From Eledone cirrhosa (taxonomy: Eukaryota), in assembly GCA_964016885.1 (NCBI GenBank), contig OZ024743.1:171802001-171866000 (forward strand): a stretch of DNA of 64,000 bases. The letters run 5' to 3'. The notes under the pieces were generated by a model, which was not told where the DNA came from, did not search any database, and worked only from the letters and a program-made list of their open reading frames with translations. Positions within the stretch are counted from its first letter, which is position 1. Each line of letters begins with the position of its first letter. The position numbers and the translations under genes are program-made. This document shows positions 1 to 14,100 of this stretch, piece after piece.

Positions 1-276
1 CCACAATTCGCTATTGCACAATCTATCACTATTTTAATGTATTAGAAATTAGAAACAAACTAAGCGTTACTTATGTATGTAGTTCCTTACACTCTTTTGG
101 TCCTCACTTATTTTTATGTAACGTTTTTGCTACTGAACCAAATTTCAATATTTTTATGTCAGAAAGTAGCTTATCTGTGGTCCTATAAAGTGCAGAAAAC
201 CGCATCCAATTCTATCAAACATTGAATTAGTGACAAAGATTTGAAGGTATCGCGAGTGACCGAAATGGGACCTTAA
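1..276. mobile_element. Possible Kolobok-like DNA transposon terminus
   Basis: Ends in ...GGGACC|TTAA (YY terminus followed by TTAA) with a subterminal GAAAACCGCATCCAA motif. The partner end is not in the window. Confidence 0.3.
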
Positions 277-416
277 GAATATCATACACCTACTACCGTA
301 GGTGTATGATATATTTTTCCCATATTTTATGTTAACTATTTTCTCATTTTGACGCTATAGTCACATATATGTGTTATGGAATACTGTTAGCTTCTCGCTA
401 CGACAATTTCTATACT

Positions 417-419
<3 letters not shown>

Positions 420-504
<85 letters not shown>

Positions 505-519
505 GCATACCTCCCCCCC

Positions 520-557
<38 letters not shown>
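420..557. repeat. (TA)n microsatellite; similar arrays at 2380-2544, 3200-3326, 3832-3919, 30766-30840, 46326-46415, 49790-49936, 51905-52185, 58795-58944, 62310-62418
   Basis: Directly visible. These arrays generate the many spurious IYIYIY ORFs. Confidence 0.98.
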
Positions 558-562
<5 letters not shown>

Positions 563-1410
563 ATACTTTGGGAGGGTCATGTTGCCAATAAAACGTACGC
601 ACCTGTTGGTTTTCATTTCAATTTATTATAAGTTTCCGGTTGGTTGGTTGGTTTGATAACGGGAGGGTTGTTTATATATAGTTAAAGATCTTTCGTCACA
701 CATTCTGTGCCCTATTGGTAACATGATCCTCCCAAAATATAACAATCCGTTTCAACACACGTTTTCAGATAAGAAATCTCGCAAAATAAATTAAAACCGA
801 ATTATATATATAATATATACACAGACACGTATGTATATAGGTATGTAGCTCTGTTTGGGTGTGTATATGTATAGGGAAAGTTGTTATTCAGTTGTTAGTA
901 GCTATCGAAATATTTGCTTTTTGTAGCTCTGATAACAGTACTACATATCAGTAAAAAGAACGTATCATAAAAAGTATCATAAAACGTATTATAAAAAGCA
1001 CATTGATCTGATATTTTGGCGCTGTGTCAATAGTTCACAGCGCGAATTCTTCTTCTACTCTTGGCAATGAATCCGCAGAATATAGAGATCTGGTGAAAGA
1101 AAAAAGAAAAACGAGTATGGCTTAGTGGTTTGGAGCCATGGTGAGTAAGCACAGCTGGTAGAGCGACGGAATATATGGCTTGGGGCAGCGGAATTCCTAA
1201 TTCAAATCATGTCTAGATCAATTTTATCGATTTTATCGCACATACTTTGGCAGTTCTGATAAGATAAAATAAAAAGCCTCTTTTGCTATTTTTTTGCCAC
1301 ATTTCAGCCCTGATTGAACAGATTTGTGATCCCTCACAATCACGTTTTATTTTGGTATATCTAGAGCTGCATTTGGCATCAAATTGACACAATCATTAGG
1401 GCACCGGATT

Positions 1411-1600
1411 AATAATTGTTTCTATTTTAGGCACAAGGCCAGCAATTAACCAGTACATTACTGGTACTTTATTTTATCGACCCTGTAAGGATGAAGGGCA
1501 AAGTTAACCTCGGCCGGGTTTGAACTCAGATCGTAAATGGACGTAACTATGCTGGAAAGCATGTCTGACCCTCTACCGCTACTGCCAATTCACCGCCGGA
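1411..1600 (-). mobile_element. tRNA-derived SINE (dominant family of the window)
   Basis: Minus strand has a B-box-like GAGTTCAAAC, a body GCC(C)TTCATCCTTACxGGGTCGATAAAATAAAGTACCAG, and a 3' end GGCCTTGTGCCTAAAxTAGAAACAATTATT. More than 15 copies in the window. Confidence 0.85.
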
Positions 1601-2371
1601 ATAATAGTGCCTTGGCATTTGTTCTAGCTCATTGCGCTTTGCATTCAAATCCCATCGAGGTCACTTTGCCTTTCGTTCTTTCAATGCCGATAAAGAACCA
1701 ATCTATTACTGGGATGAATTTATTCTCTCCCTCTCTGGAAGAATTCGGCTGTTTTGCGTGCTGGAGCATGATGTACTCCACAAGGTTTAAAATACTCAAG
1801 CTCCGCCATGTTTCAGGACGGCGTCCCTATCAATTCATCATGAGTTACGGTCCCTAAAAAGAATTACATTGTCTCTTGTTTCCTTCCTTTTGTAAAGGTT
1901 GTAGAGTGTCATTTGACAGTGATTCGTTTACTGCAGCCGCATGTCAGGTCTATTAGAACAGACTAATGGTCAAAAACATTTCGACCATTACTGTCCCGTA
2001 AAAATAGATTTCCCTGCAGAATGTTCTCTTCTGAACGGATGTTGTTTTAAATGATCTCTTTATACGAATGTATGTTAGGTGTAGATTTTTAGACATATGT
2101 AGTTAGGTGTAGAATATATGTTAGGTGTATAATTTTAGACGTATGTAGAAAATATTGGGATATCAGATTGTATTCTGAAATTGTCAGATAAATTGGTTCG
2201 TTTACCAAAACGCCGACACACACACAGACGCATATATGTATGTATATATATATACAAACATATATGTCGTCTGCTAAAGAACGCCGGCATACTCACAAAC
2301 ACATACACACACATATATATATAAGCGTGCGTGTGTGTGTATCGTCTGCTTAAGAACGCCGATATACACAA

Positions 2372-2548
<177 letters not shown>

Positions 2549-3197
2549 AAAGAATAGACGTGTAACACACAAGTTATTATATATTGGTAAACGGAATAGA
2601 AAATGCTGACAAATTGTTCACAGTTGAAAAATGGTTTAATTAGGAATAAAAGAGTATTAGTGATTGTATGGGTTAGTATTCAGTTGCCGTTTTAAGTTTT
2701 TAAGTTTTTACCGGTTGCGCATTTCTAAATGCTTTTCAAAAATAATTTTGAGATAGAGTGTCCGTGCTGTTTGCTCTGATCTGTATATATATATATAAAA
2801 TATATATATAAAATTACAAAATATGAGGAAATAATAGACAAAAATATACCTATTTTTTCTTATCAGTCCCGACTGCAGTTTTGCCGATCCATGTGCACCG
2901 ATTTCTGCACTTTAAAAGTGCATCATCGCTGTGAGGTTGATGCGGCTTATCAAGATACCCCTCAGTAAAAAGGACTGTTTCCTGACACGTTTATAGCAAG
3001 TGAGAAAATGTCAGAGGCAGAGGGAGAGAAGAGATTAACACGTGATACAGTGGTAAAAAAAAAAAAGGATTATTTCTTTCGTAGCAAGAGATAATTTCTC
3101 GAGTGGCGGGGAGAGAGATAAACACATGATACAATGGTCACAGATGGGTAGTAAGATGGACAGTGAGCGAATAACGTATTTGCGAGAAAAGAAAAAG

Positions 3198-3328
<131 letters not shown>

Positions 3329-3329
3329 T

Positions 3330-3450
3330 GAATGCGCGAGGCTGAGTGGTTAGAGAATTGGATTCGCAATCGTGAGGTCGTTAATTCGATTTCCGAACCG
3401 GGTGATGCATTATGTCCTTGAGGAAGACACTTTATTTCACGTTGCTCCTG
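3330..3450 (+). mobile_element. tRNA-derived SINE with CORE/V-like segment (second family)
   Basis: A-box-like GGCTGAGTGGTTAGAG and B-box-like TTCGATTTCC, followed by TGTCCTTGAGGAAGACACTTTATTTCAC. Confidence 0.7.
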
Positions 3451-3829
3451 TTGCCTAGATTTGTTACCGGCATTAGCCGACTTGGGCTGACTTGACCTGT
3501 TAAACATATGTGGTCTGGAATCTTGTCGATATATGTATATGATACTGTAAATCTATATTTGTGTTCGCTAGTTAAATTTGGCATACAAATTAAAGAAGAT
3601 TGAAAGAAGCTAAAGCATATCCCAAGGTATTGTAAAATTTGTTTCGATGTGAATTATACGATAATCATACGATAATCTGAAATTTCGTATTGGACTATCT
3701 TGACATGGTTAGAGTACAAAGTTAGGTTTTGTTATGGTTTACTCTTAAGCATCATTCTGTTTGAATTTCGCTGCTTCTGAAACAACTGTTTCTCTCCAAT
3801 GGGGAATATATTTTATTGTTCCCGTGGAA

Positions 3830-3922
<93 letters not shown>

Positions 3923-4929
3923 TGTCTGTCTGTTTGTCTATTTGTCTATCTGTCAAAAATAAAAATAATAAAATTGAAATTAAGAAAAATAAAAGGAAAG
4001 GTAATACGTGGATATTAACAGTTATTTTCTAGTCTACAAAATACCTTATGAATCCCATATTATAATTTATAATCAGCTCATTACGTTTATTATATTACAT
4101 ACTAATATTTCCAATGCCTCATCAGAGGAGAAATTACAGTCCTACCCATCACTATATGGATTAACTGGATTAATAATAGACCAACATATTGTGAACTTAA
4201 TTTTTCTTTAATTATCCTTTAATTTCCAGATAAATTCTGCAGTGAGATTGTTATGACGGTGTCTTGTATGGTTTAAGAATATAAGTGAATTCACATAGTA
4301 CAATTTTCCGATTCTGTGCTATTTGTTTCGTGGTTAACATTAATTGTAATTATTTTTCAGTCATTAATAAAGGCATTGTTGTTGGCAAAGTTTGGTGTTG
4401 TAGAAGATAGCTTAACTATATACTTATTGTTTGTTATATATATGGTACCTTTGTTATGAAAGGAAATTTGGTTTTCGGATACCAAAAATATTTTAGGAAT
4501 AATGGACAATATCATGTAATGTTACTTCTAATTATTGTTCTAAGTAGTTTGTTCAATGTCTTTATTTATGTAGCTTGTTACATACGTCGATGTTATGCAA
4601 CCGTTTTTACTTTGGTACTATACCATGATAAAATAAGTTATACGTCGATTCACATGCGGCAAAATATTATGCAATCCATCGTGTGTATTTTATTCAGAAA
4701 CAAGTGAAGTAATTGATAAATGATGTAACTTCATCTGTTATTTACTCTCATTCTAACTGTACTCTGTATACTCACATTTATATATGTAAATGGATCTATA
4801 TATAAAGCTGAACGTAACAAAATCAATGCAATTTACTCATGTTTTCGTTGAATCGATCGTATGATTGTTGAGAAAGAAAGCAAACACTGTTGGATTATAG
4901 ATATGGTCTATCCAGCTGATCACATGGTA

Positions 4930-5244
4930 TGCGATAAAGAAGGAAAAAAATGACAGATACGACAGGTTACCTTCGGGGCGGGGTTAAGCAGTTGTGGTCA
5001 CTGAAAAAGGTGGTGTTAATGCCAATAATAGTTGGAGTCTTGGGAACTGAATAAAGATCCTAAGAAGTGCATTAAACAAATAAGGATTTCAATACGGATG
5101 GAACACTTACAAAAAACAGCATTTCTTGGAACAGCTCGAATACTCCGGAGGGTATTCGAAAAATAAGAGGTGTTACCCAGTTCACTGGTAGTGAATAGCT
5201 AATATTGTAATACATCTCCAGCGTTAGAAACTGATCGAAGAAAC

Positions 5245-5292
<48 letters not shown>
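4930..5292 (+). mobile_element. 3' end of an R4/Dong-type LINE (divergent subfamily) with (TAA)n tail
   Basis: Encodes EHLQKTAFLGTARILRRVFEK*, homologous to the C-terminus LQKACLLGTARTLRYVLNI of the Dong copies. Followed by a short 3'UTR and (AAT)n. Confidence 0.8.
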
Positions 5293-5293
<1 letters not shown>

Positions 5294-8200
5294 CTTTCTT
5301 TATTAACCACAAGGGTTGACATAAAGTAGACATTTAGGACAGTACAGGACAATACAGGACGGTACAAATGGGCATTTCTACGTGTAAAAAAAAACAAAAA
5401 CAGAAAGAAATAACAAAAAAATAACAATGAAAAATTCCCCAATAAGGGGAGACTTCCGAGGGACATTTGTGGAGAAAGCCCATTAAAAGGCCACAGTGAG
5501 CCTGACCACCAGGGCAAGTGCCCTCTCCCAGTTTTCCACCTTTAATTTACAGACACATACTCAGAGTAGGCCCATTCACTCGGGCCATACTTGCTTCTCT
5601 CACCCATCTTTCAACAAAATGCTGGGAAGAGAGCACTTCCCTCTCTACCCTGATTTTCCTTTTCAAATGAAATTTGAAAAAGTTAATAAGGGCATCACCG
5701 AAGAGATAAGAGCTCGTCTTCAGCCCTTTTAAACGTGTCCACCATACTATCTCTTTCGCCATGGCCACCAGACAGATAAAAATTGCCTGCCCTTCCCGGC
5801 TAAAGAAGGAGGGCGGGGCAATCATCACGATGGACTCAGCTGATAGCTGGATCCGTCCTACACGCGACAGCAGGTGTTCGACATAAACGCACAAGTCAGC
5901 AATGCTCAGACACTGGACGAGTGCGTGCAGGACGGTTTCGTCGCCCTGTGCGTATCTCGGACATCCCCGGCTGACGGCACCTCCATGCCTGTAGAGTTTA
6001 TCCCGAACTGGCAAAGCTCCTCGGTAGCACTGCTGAAAGTTCTTCCGAAGAGATTGGCTAGTTGATTTTCGTCGACGCCTAGAGTTTCCCCAAGTACGTC
6101 GTCGCTCTTCCCTTCCACTAATCCTCTATAGAAACGCCAAGGTGGAGTATTCCACCGATCACATTGCCCGATCGGTCGAGGGCTGTGAGCGCCTGAAGAC
6201 ATTCCAGTCTCCAAGTGCTCTCTCTCGGTCTACGCTTGACCCAGGACAGCAGCTCCGTCAAGGAGACGAGCTGGGGAAAGACGCGTCTAGCAAACGACGA
6301 GCACACCTGAGCACTGTCGAGGAAGAGGTGGAGATGTCGTAGCCTGAACGCGTGTCTGCCCAGCCCCCCCCACGTAGCGGCTGTTGATAGCAGATGGACC
6401 GTCTGACCATTGGAGCGCGTCCCTTCCACAAAAAGCGAATGAGCAAACGCAGTCAGGCGGGGCTTAGGACAAGGTACGATGGTCAGGCGGTAGTAGATAA
6501 CGGACGCGATGTACGCGTTAGCCACCTCCGCTCGACCTTTCAGGGATAGCTTCCTCTCGGCCCATTTCTGGGTGAGAGAAGCCACCCTGCTCGTCACCTC
6601 GTCCCAGTTTTTGTCCGTCTGGAGGTCCGGACCGAACCAGACCCCTAGCAATTTAACCGGTCAGTCCGTCCAGCGCCCGACGACGCTGTTGGACGGCATG
6701 GACCTGTCTCTCCAGGTGCCGAGCTGCAGGCCCACTGACTTTTCCTGGCTGATCATTGCTCCTGTCACCGCTTCGTATTCTCTTAGTGTATTGCCGATCG
6801 CCTCTATATGTTTGGCGTTCGACACCACTACGATGACATCGTCCGCATATGCTGACACGGATCTTCCACATCCTAGTTCGCGCGGGACCCCCCTCAACGT
6901 CTCCAGTTTGTGCAGTAATGGCTCGAGAGTCAATACGTACAATAGGGACGAGAGGGGACATCCTTGCCGGACCGAGCGCATGATGTTGAACGGTTCCGAA
7001 AGGTGACCGTTCACTCTCACCACAGAGCAGATGTCACTGTGCATGGCAGTGATCCAGCATCTGAAGCGGGCCCAAAGCCAACCGCCCTCAGGACTGCCGC
7101 TAGTTAACGATGGTCGACCCTATCGAAAGCTTTCGATTGATCTAAATTAATCAAGGACCCACCCGTGCCAGGTTCCCTAGCTACCCTCTCCACGATGTAT
7201 CGCATGAGGTGGAGGTTGTCGTGGATGTATCTGTCGGGAATGGCGCAAGTCTGCGCCTCTCCCACCTGACCAACAACGACAAGCGCCAACCTCTTTGCTA
7301 GCACCTTGGCCAAAATCTTGAACTCTGTGTTTAGCAGAGTTATGGGCAGGAAATTATCTGTGTTATCCCTCTTGTTCGGATCCTTTCTCAGCAGCTCCAC
7401 AGCTCCTCGGCTCACATAACTGGGAATTCTCCCGTTGTGTTGCCAGTTGCAGTAGACGTCCGCCAAGAGGCCTCCGAAAAAGTCTGGCATCTGTACATAA
7501 AGTTCATAGAGCAGACCATCCAAACCAGGCGATTTACCCCTTGTCCAGCCAGTTATCGCCTCCCGTACTTCAGCGGCTGTTATCGGCTTTTTACAACACT
7601 CCGCCTCACTGGCTGAGAGCCGCGCCAGTTCGTCGAGGTAGACACTAAAGTCCATCCCTCGATCCGGCCCGCCGCTGCTCCCGAAGAGCTGGGCGAAGTG
7701 TCGCTGGAAAGCTTCACACATTTTCCCGGGATCGAGTAGCATGCGCCCGTCGTGGTCCACCAATGACCAGATCGTGGCTTTGTTGCCACGACGCGCCTCC
7801 GCCACTCGGGCCCATTGAACGGCTTTCGTGCCCTCGTGTCTGAGAGCACGCACCCTAGCTCAGACAACGCAGCCTTCGTGCTTTGCATTGAAGAAATGGT
7901 CGGGGGCCAATTTCGCCGCAAGTACGTCGGTCGCGATGCCTTTGCTAAGCGCCTCATCTAATTTTCTAACTAGTTCTCCCTCTGCTCTATTTCTCTATTG
8001 CTAAAGCCTTACTAAATCTAATGGACTCTATTTTAATCGCTCTTTTCAGAGCAAACCACCACTTGTTGTTGACGATGTCCCCCGTCAACGCCCGCTTAAA
8101 TAGTTCGCTAATCCGGTCTCTGTAGGCCTTGCGCCTTGGTAAAGACGCGTTTAGCTTCCAGTAGCCGGGTCCTCGTGTATGAAGCCTATCTAAGTCAAGC

Positions 8201-11074
8201 ACATAGATCACGAATTTGTGGTCCGTGTAGCTGACTATCTTGAATTGTGGACAGCCTATGCTAGGCCTAGCTATTTCCCTTCAAAATACTCTATCTAGAT
8301 ATGATCTGGATGACCCTATGCGATTTGTCCAAGTCCACATTGGCACATTTGGGAAATCCAATCGGTACCTGTCAGACAGTTCAAAACGCCTGAGCAGGTT
8401 GGTGAGGCTCTTGCACTCTCATCCCCTATCCGCTAATCCCACACAGTCCCAGCGTGCATCTAAGATCCCGTTCCAGTCGCCCACTAACTCTAAAGAGCGG
8501 GACGTTCCAAGAAAGGTCTCGAGACGCCGGAAGAAATCAGGCCGCCCCGCTCCTGTCGGGGTATAGACGGCCACTAGCCTGAAAGCTTGCCCGTCTCCGC
8601 TGGTCACGTCCAGCACCACCAACTTAGCCTCTGGGTCCAGGAAGATGGCCCGTATGGCGAGATCCAAACCCCTCCGAAAAAGAACAGCAACTCCCCTCCC
8701 CGATCCAGGACGGCGTACACATCGTAGCCGCCGAAGATCGGTGCGAATACCCGTGCTTCGGAGAATCTGGTCTCGCTGATGGCCACTACATCTATGTTTA
8801 GTGACCTGAGGTCGTTGAGCAGGTGGCCCTGCTTCCATGACGACCCCAAGCCACGCGCATTTATGCTGCCTATTCTGAGTGAAGTCATGTTAAAATTGAG
8901 TGGAAAAGATGGGAAAGACCACTTACCTTACTTCTCGTAGAGGAAGGATGGTTTCTCCATCCTTTTCACTGCTTGTGACCGCCTCAGGAAGGATGTCCTT
9001 ATAAATCGTCCTGGAGAGGGCTTGTCGGAAGTCTCCGATGTCTTTGGGGAATTTTTGTTTTAGTGTCGTGTACGTTTTCTGTGTGATGCGAGTGATTTAT
9101 ATGTGTGGAGGTGGTGTGAACCTTTGGGTTGTTGTGTAGTCTTTTTCTGTGATGCTGGTGTTGTGTTGGATGTAGTGTAATAATTGGTTGTTGTTCAAAT
9201 TTAATGCTGTGTAGTGTGTATCGTTTTGGTTGTTTTGTTTTATTTGCGTTTGTTGTGGGTTTGTTTCTGTTTCGCTTTTTGGTGACTTTTGTGGTGTTGG
9301 TGATGGTGGTATTAGAGTTAATGATGGTGATGGTGTTGGTGTTTGTGGTGATGTGGTTGGTGATGCTGGTGTGGATGGTGGCATAGCTGTCCTAACTTTT
9401 TTGTTTGATAGTTTATTTGTTTCCCCCTGTATTTTGTTTTTGGACTGGGAAGGAAGAGGATTTTTTCTTTTTTGGTTTCTTTTTCTTTTTTTTTTCTTTT
9501 TTCCTAATACCGTTTCCCACTCCTCGTCGTCACAATCTGTCTCCAGTCGCGATAGGTCGGGGAGTGAAAATCCTCCACAGGCGTTGGATTTGGTTGTAGC
9601 GTGGTGGATGGTGTAGGCGCTGGTGCTAGTTCTGGCGCGTTGGGTGGTGGTGGTGGTGTTGGTTTTGCTACTGTTGCTGCGGTTGTTGCTGTTACAGTTG
9701 CTTCTGTTGTTGCTGCTACAATTGTTGCTGCCATTTCTGCTGCTGGTGGTGTTGATGGTTGAGTCACTGGGGTGGGTAAGAGAGGTGGCCTCAACCTTTT
9801 AGCCTGAAGGCAGAAAGCCCTTAGGTGAGTTCCTTCACCACAAACGACACACCTGCCCTCGACAATTACGGTGAGGTGGATGCCGTCAGTGAGGTCTATT
9901 ACCTCGGGGATCTCCTCAATTTCTTTTTTGATCCTCTTGGGTCAGGAGCTCCATCCCAGATCCGGACCAATTCTCCTGCTTTTCTTTCGCTATTTCGATT
10001 ATCTTGGTGTTGGATTCCATGCGGGCGAGGACGGCAGCTATTAGCCAGGGAATTTCGATGGCCGGTGAAACGTAGGTTTACCCTGATCTTCATCAGTCTC
10101 TGGCCACAATAGCTTGGGACGAGTGGGAAGTCGTCACTTCTTAATGGGGCCATGGAGTGTTCTCTGGCCTCCTGTGGTGTTTCAAAGAACACGTCCACGG
10201 TTCCATACTTCTGCCCACGTCTGATATGGGTTTTTTTTTGCCCACACATGTCCCAAAGCTTTTTGGATTTGGGACTTGGATGCCCGTTCCATTCGGCTCG
10301 ATTTTATGTTAATCGTCCGATAAGACACGGTGCATAGGCGCCGATGCTCAATTTTATTAGGTGGTGGGTGAGGCTGACCCTGTACCCATCTTTCTTTACC
10401 ATTTTTTTGGATTCTTCTAATTCCTCCTGAGTTACCTGGAATGCTTCGCACTGTTTTGCTACTCTGGCAAAACTCAGGGTGGTTTTCTTAATTTCATTGT
10501 TGTTGTTGTTATCGTTATTTTTGTTATTGTTAATTTTAGTTTCAGTTGTGGTAGTGGTGGCGTCAGTGGTGTTCGGTGTGGAAGAATCGATTCTGGGTGA
10601 ATCCATTTCGATGTCACGAGATAATTTATTTTTTTATTTTGTTTCTGTTGTCGCTGTGATGGTGGTGGGGGTGGCGGTTTCAACACCTGCAGTCATTGGT
10701 AATGGCGGGAAATGGATGTCTGCATGAGACATTTTAATTATTGCTACTGCTTATATTTTTATTGTTGGCAACCGTTGTAATATTTACAATGGTGGTGTCG
10801 GTGTGAGGTGTTATTTCGAGAGGAAGGCTCTCAGCTGCATGATGTAACTGTGAGTCGTCCATGATTTTTTAAAAGAAATTTTTGTTTGCTAATTATAAAA
10901 GTTAAAAGTGTGGGCTCAAAGTCCCAATCTTTTTGAGTGTCCTTTTCCGAAAGCAAATTTGTGACTTTATAAACAGTTAACAACAAAAATTTTCCATAAA
11001 TGGCAATTTTAAACAAACGAAAACCACAAGCCTTTGCGGAGCTCACGATCATACGATTTCCTACGTAGGTCGCC
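5293..11074 (-). mobile_element. Full-length, frameshifted Tx1/L1-clade non-LTR retrotransposon (~5.8 kb)
   Basis: ORF1 remnants with a CCHC knuckle (CVVCGEGTHLRAFC, ~9808-9850). APE start MTSLRIGSINARGL at 8888, with VGDWN, RYLDR and TDHK. RT motifs KSPGLDG, PITLLN, DQSKAFDRVDH, VRQGCPLS, AYADD, then a C-terminal Cys/His region. AATAAA plus (TTA)n tail; flanked on both sides by (AAT)n. Confidence 0.92.
5547..8888 (-). pseudogene. Tx1-type ORF2 (AP endonuclease + reverse transcriptase), frameshifted
   Basis: ORF pieces 8604-8888, 8419-8838, 7987-8211, 7104-7853, 6661-7044, 6118-6651 and 5547-6014 carry the motifs in the expected order. Confidence 0.9.
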
Positions 11075-11108
<34 letters not shown>

Positions 11109-11109
<1 letters not shown>

Positions 11110-14100
11110 GAGGGGAGAAAACGCACATGGTGGATATATCGTTATGGAATCGCTCCCGTAAGTTTTTTTATTTTTACATATTTAAAACAACTGTGATAGA
11201 ATAATTCTTATTACAAATGAAACATAAGATTACAGTTTTTACTCTCAGCAAGCGACAACGCATCACATTATGGCATAGGGCCCCAATATTTAATATTTAA
11301 TTTTGGATCAGAAATGTTATAGTAAAAAAAGAGGAAAATGGCTACGTGGACAGACAGACAAATAATTTCACCACAACACCACCACCACCATCACCACTAC
11401 CACACCAAAACAAATCTAGCCAAGTTACTCCAACTTCTATTTCTACTTCACTTTCAACAGCATCACTACAGTACTACGATCACATCACCACCACCACTGC
11501 CTCATTATCGCTACCGCCGCTATTCTCTCCCACCACCTCCTGCTAAGTACTACTAGCACATCACCACCACCACCACCACTGCCTCATTATCGCTACCGCC
11601 GCTATTCTCTCCCACTACCTCCTGCTAAGTACTACTAGCACATCACCACATCTATTTCTACTTCAACTTCAACGGCATCACTACAGTACTACTATCACAT
11701 CACCACCACCACCACTACCTCATTATCGCTACCGCCGCTATTCTCTCCCACTACCTCCTGCTAAGACAGGCATCATAGTACTCCCACTAAGTGAGGAAGG
11801 CATCAAAAGATATAAATAGACTAGTTTGATAATCCGGTCAAAAAATCAAAACAGCACAGCAGAAACGAAAAGCGTAAAGAAAAGAAAAAATAAAAGAAAA
11901 ACAAACAAGCTAACAAACAAACAAAAAAACTAAGTCAGACATTCAAACATTACATTACAATGAAACTTATGCTTATTTTTTTAGGTTTTTACCTGTTTAT
12001 TTGTTTGTTTATTTAATGTCGTCTACAGCGTGATAGTGCCGCGTTAAAATCACCGGGGGGTGATTAAATCACCAATCCTCAATATGAGTGTTTAAATGTC
12101 GAACCTAAACAGTTCGAACAACGGTGAAGTGGAGACTGGAATGTCATGTGACAGACTCTCACCCAGCAGGTGCTCCCTGGCCCAGCAGCAGGGACCTGGC
12201 TGTCATCCAAATACTGCTGGTGTTGGAGGAAGAAGAAGCAGGAAAGGGACCGGAACCAACTGGACGAAAAAAATGAATAGAACTGTTGTGCAATGTTACC
12301 TGAAGAGTAACCCCAAGGAAATAGGCTATAGGAAACGGAAGCATAACATCTGGAACGAGATTGGTCTATTTAAATTAGATGAACAAAAATTGGCCGGGCA
12401 GGCTCGGGTAATAAGAACTAATGGTTGGATAAGCGAGCTGGAACTGGAGGAACTTAGCAGAGAGATTAGATTGGAAATGGAGAGTGGAGTATGCCAAGCA
12501 AACGAGCCAGAGTGAGATGAAGGTGAAGAGGTTGAGAGAACGGAGGAAGCATCCGAAGCAGACAATGATCTGAATGCTGAAATAAATAATAACTGGAACA
12601 AAGATACGGCAATTGAGGAAATGAATGCTGACGGGCTAGGACAAGATTTGGTTGATATCCTAAACTTAGTGGTAGATGAAATGAACAATGATAGTGGGAA
12701 ACCTATGAACCAAGATTTGTAGACAGGAAAAAGTTAAAAGAAACAACAGCTAATGTAAACAAAGTCATCCCATACCTTGAGGCGAGGAACCTTCACCAGT
12801 GCAACAATATCCTCAAAGCAACAGCAAATGCGGTGAGGAAATTACTTGGCATAAAAGCGAGAGGAAACAACAAAGAAGAAAGATCAGAACCTTGGTGGAA
12901 GAAACGACTAAATGGTCAAATCAGGGAAATGAGAAATGACATTGGAAAGCTTGAGTCCCTACTGAATGGGACACTAAAAAACATAGACACTAAAAATAGA
13001 CAGGAAATAAAGTACAAAACTAGGAGGAAAAAGCTAAATATTATCATAGAGGAACTGAAGCAACGCATTGTGGCAAAGATTAGGCGATACTAAAGCAGAG
13101 TCAGTCAGTATAGACAGAACCGCATGTTTGACAACAACCAGAAGATGTTGTTTGGACAGCTTGAAGGTAACGAAAGAGGCAACGACTTGATCCCTGACGT
13201 GGAACAAACTAAGACATTCTGGAGAGGAATATGGAAGCAGGATGTTGAAGATAATGATCAGGCAGTGTGGATTGACATAGTACAAAAGGAGATTAGTAAA
13301 CAGGCACACCAACAAACTGATTTGATTATCACAGTTGAAACTCTTAAGGAGCAGGCCAGAAAAATAATCAACTGGAAATCACCAGGCCCAGATTGTGTGC
13401 AGGGGTATTGGATTAAAAATATAACATCCCTCCACCCGAAACTGACAACCATGTTCAATGACTGCTTGATTCCAGGTGAGGTACCAGAGTGGTTGACAAA
13501 AGGTACCACAGTTCTGGCAATGAAAGACCGAACCAAGGGTAATGATGTTACCAACTATAGACCTATCACATGTCTGTCCGTAATGTGGAAACTGTTAACA
13601 AGCATTGTGTCTGAGGAAATCTACCATCACCTCCACATAAACAACTTGTTACCGGACGAACAGAAAGGATGCCGAAAGAAGTCCCGTGGTACAAAGGACC
13701 AGTTACTTATTGATAATATGGTAATGAGGAATTGCAGGAGGAGACACACTGGTCTTGCCATGGGATGGATAGATTACAAAAATGCATTCGATATGGTACC
13801 TCATTCTTGGATAACCAAAAGCCTGGAGATCTTCAGGGTGGCAGATAACATCCGACAGTTGTTGGGCAAAAGTATGAAGACCTGGGAAACAGAGTTAACA
13901 TCAACTGGAGAATCCTTGGGAAGCGTGAAGATCAAGAGAGGTATCTTCCCGGGAGATAGTCTGTCCCCTCTGTTGTTTGTCCTTGCCCTGATGCCCCTGA
14001 CCAGTGTACTGCGAAAAAATGAAGGAATTGATAAGATCTGAATACATTTGGAGAGTAGGGAGCGTATTAGAGTCACATCTGAACAGTAGGAATGCCATAA

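Noticed and set aside
3330-3400. tRNA gene
   Set aside because: No complete cloverleaf; it continues into a SINE body.
4095-4135. Minus-strand CTGATGA..GGAAA hammerhead-like text
   Set aside because: No stem I partner after a cleavage triplet and no convincing stem II.
4200-4900. Possible very old Penelope remnant (likewise 53500-54300)
   Set aside because: Only vague motif resemblance; cannot be supported without a profile search.
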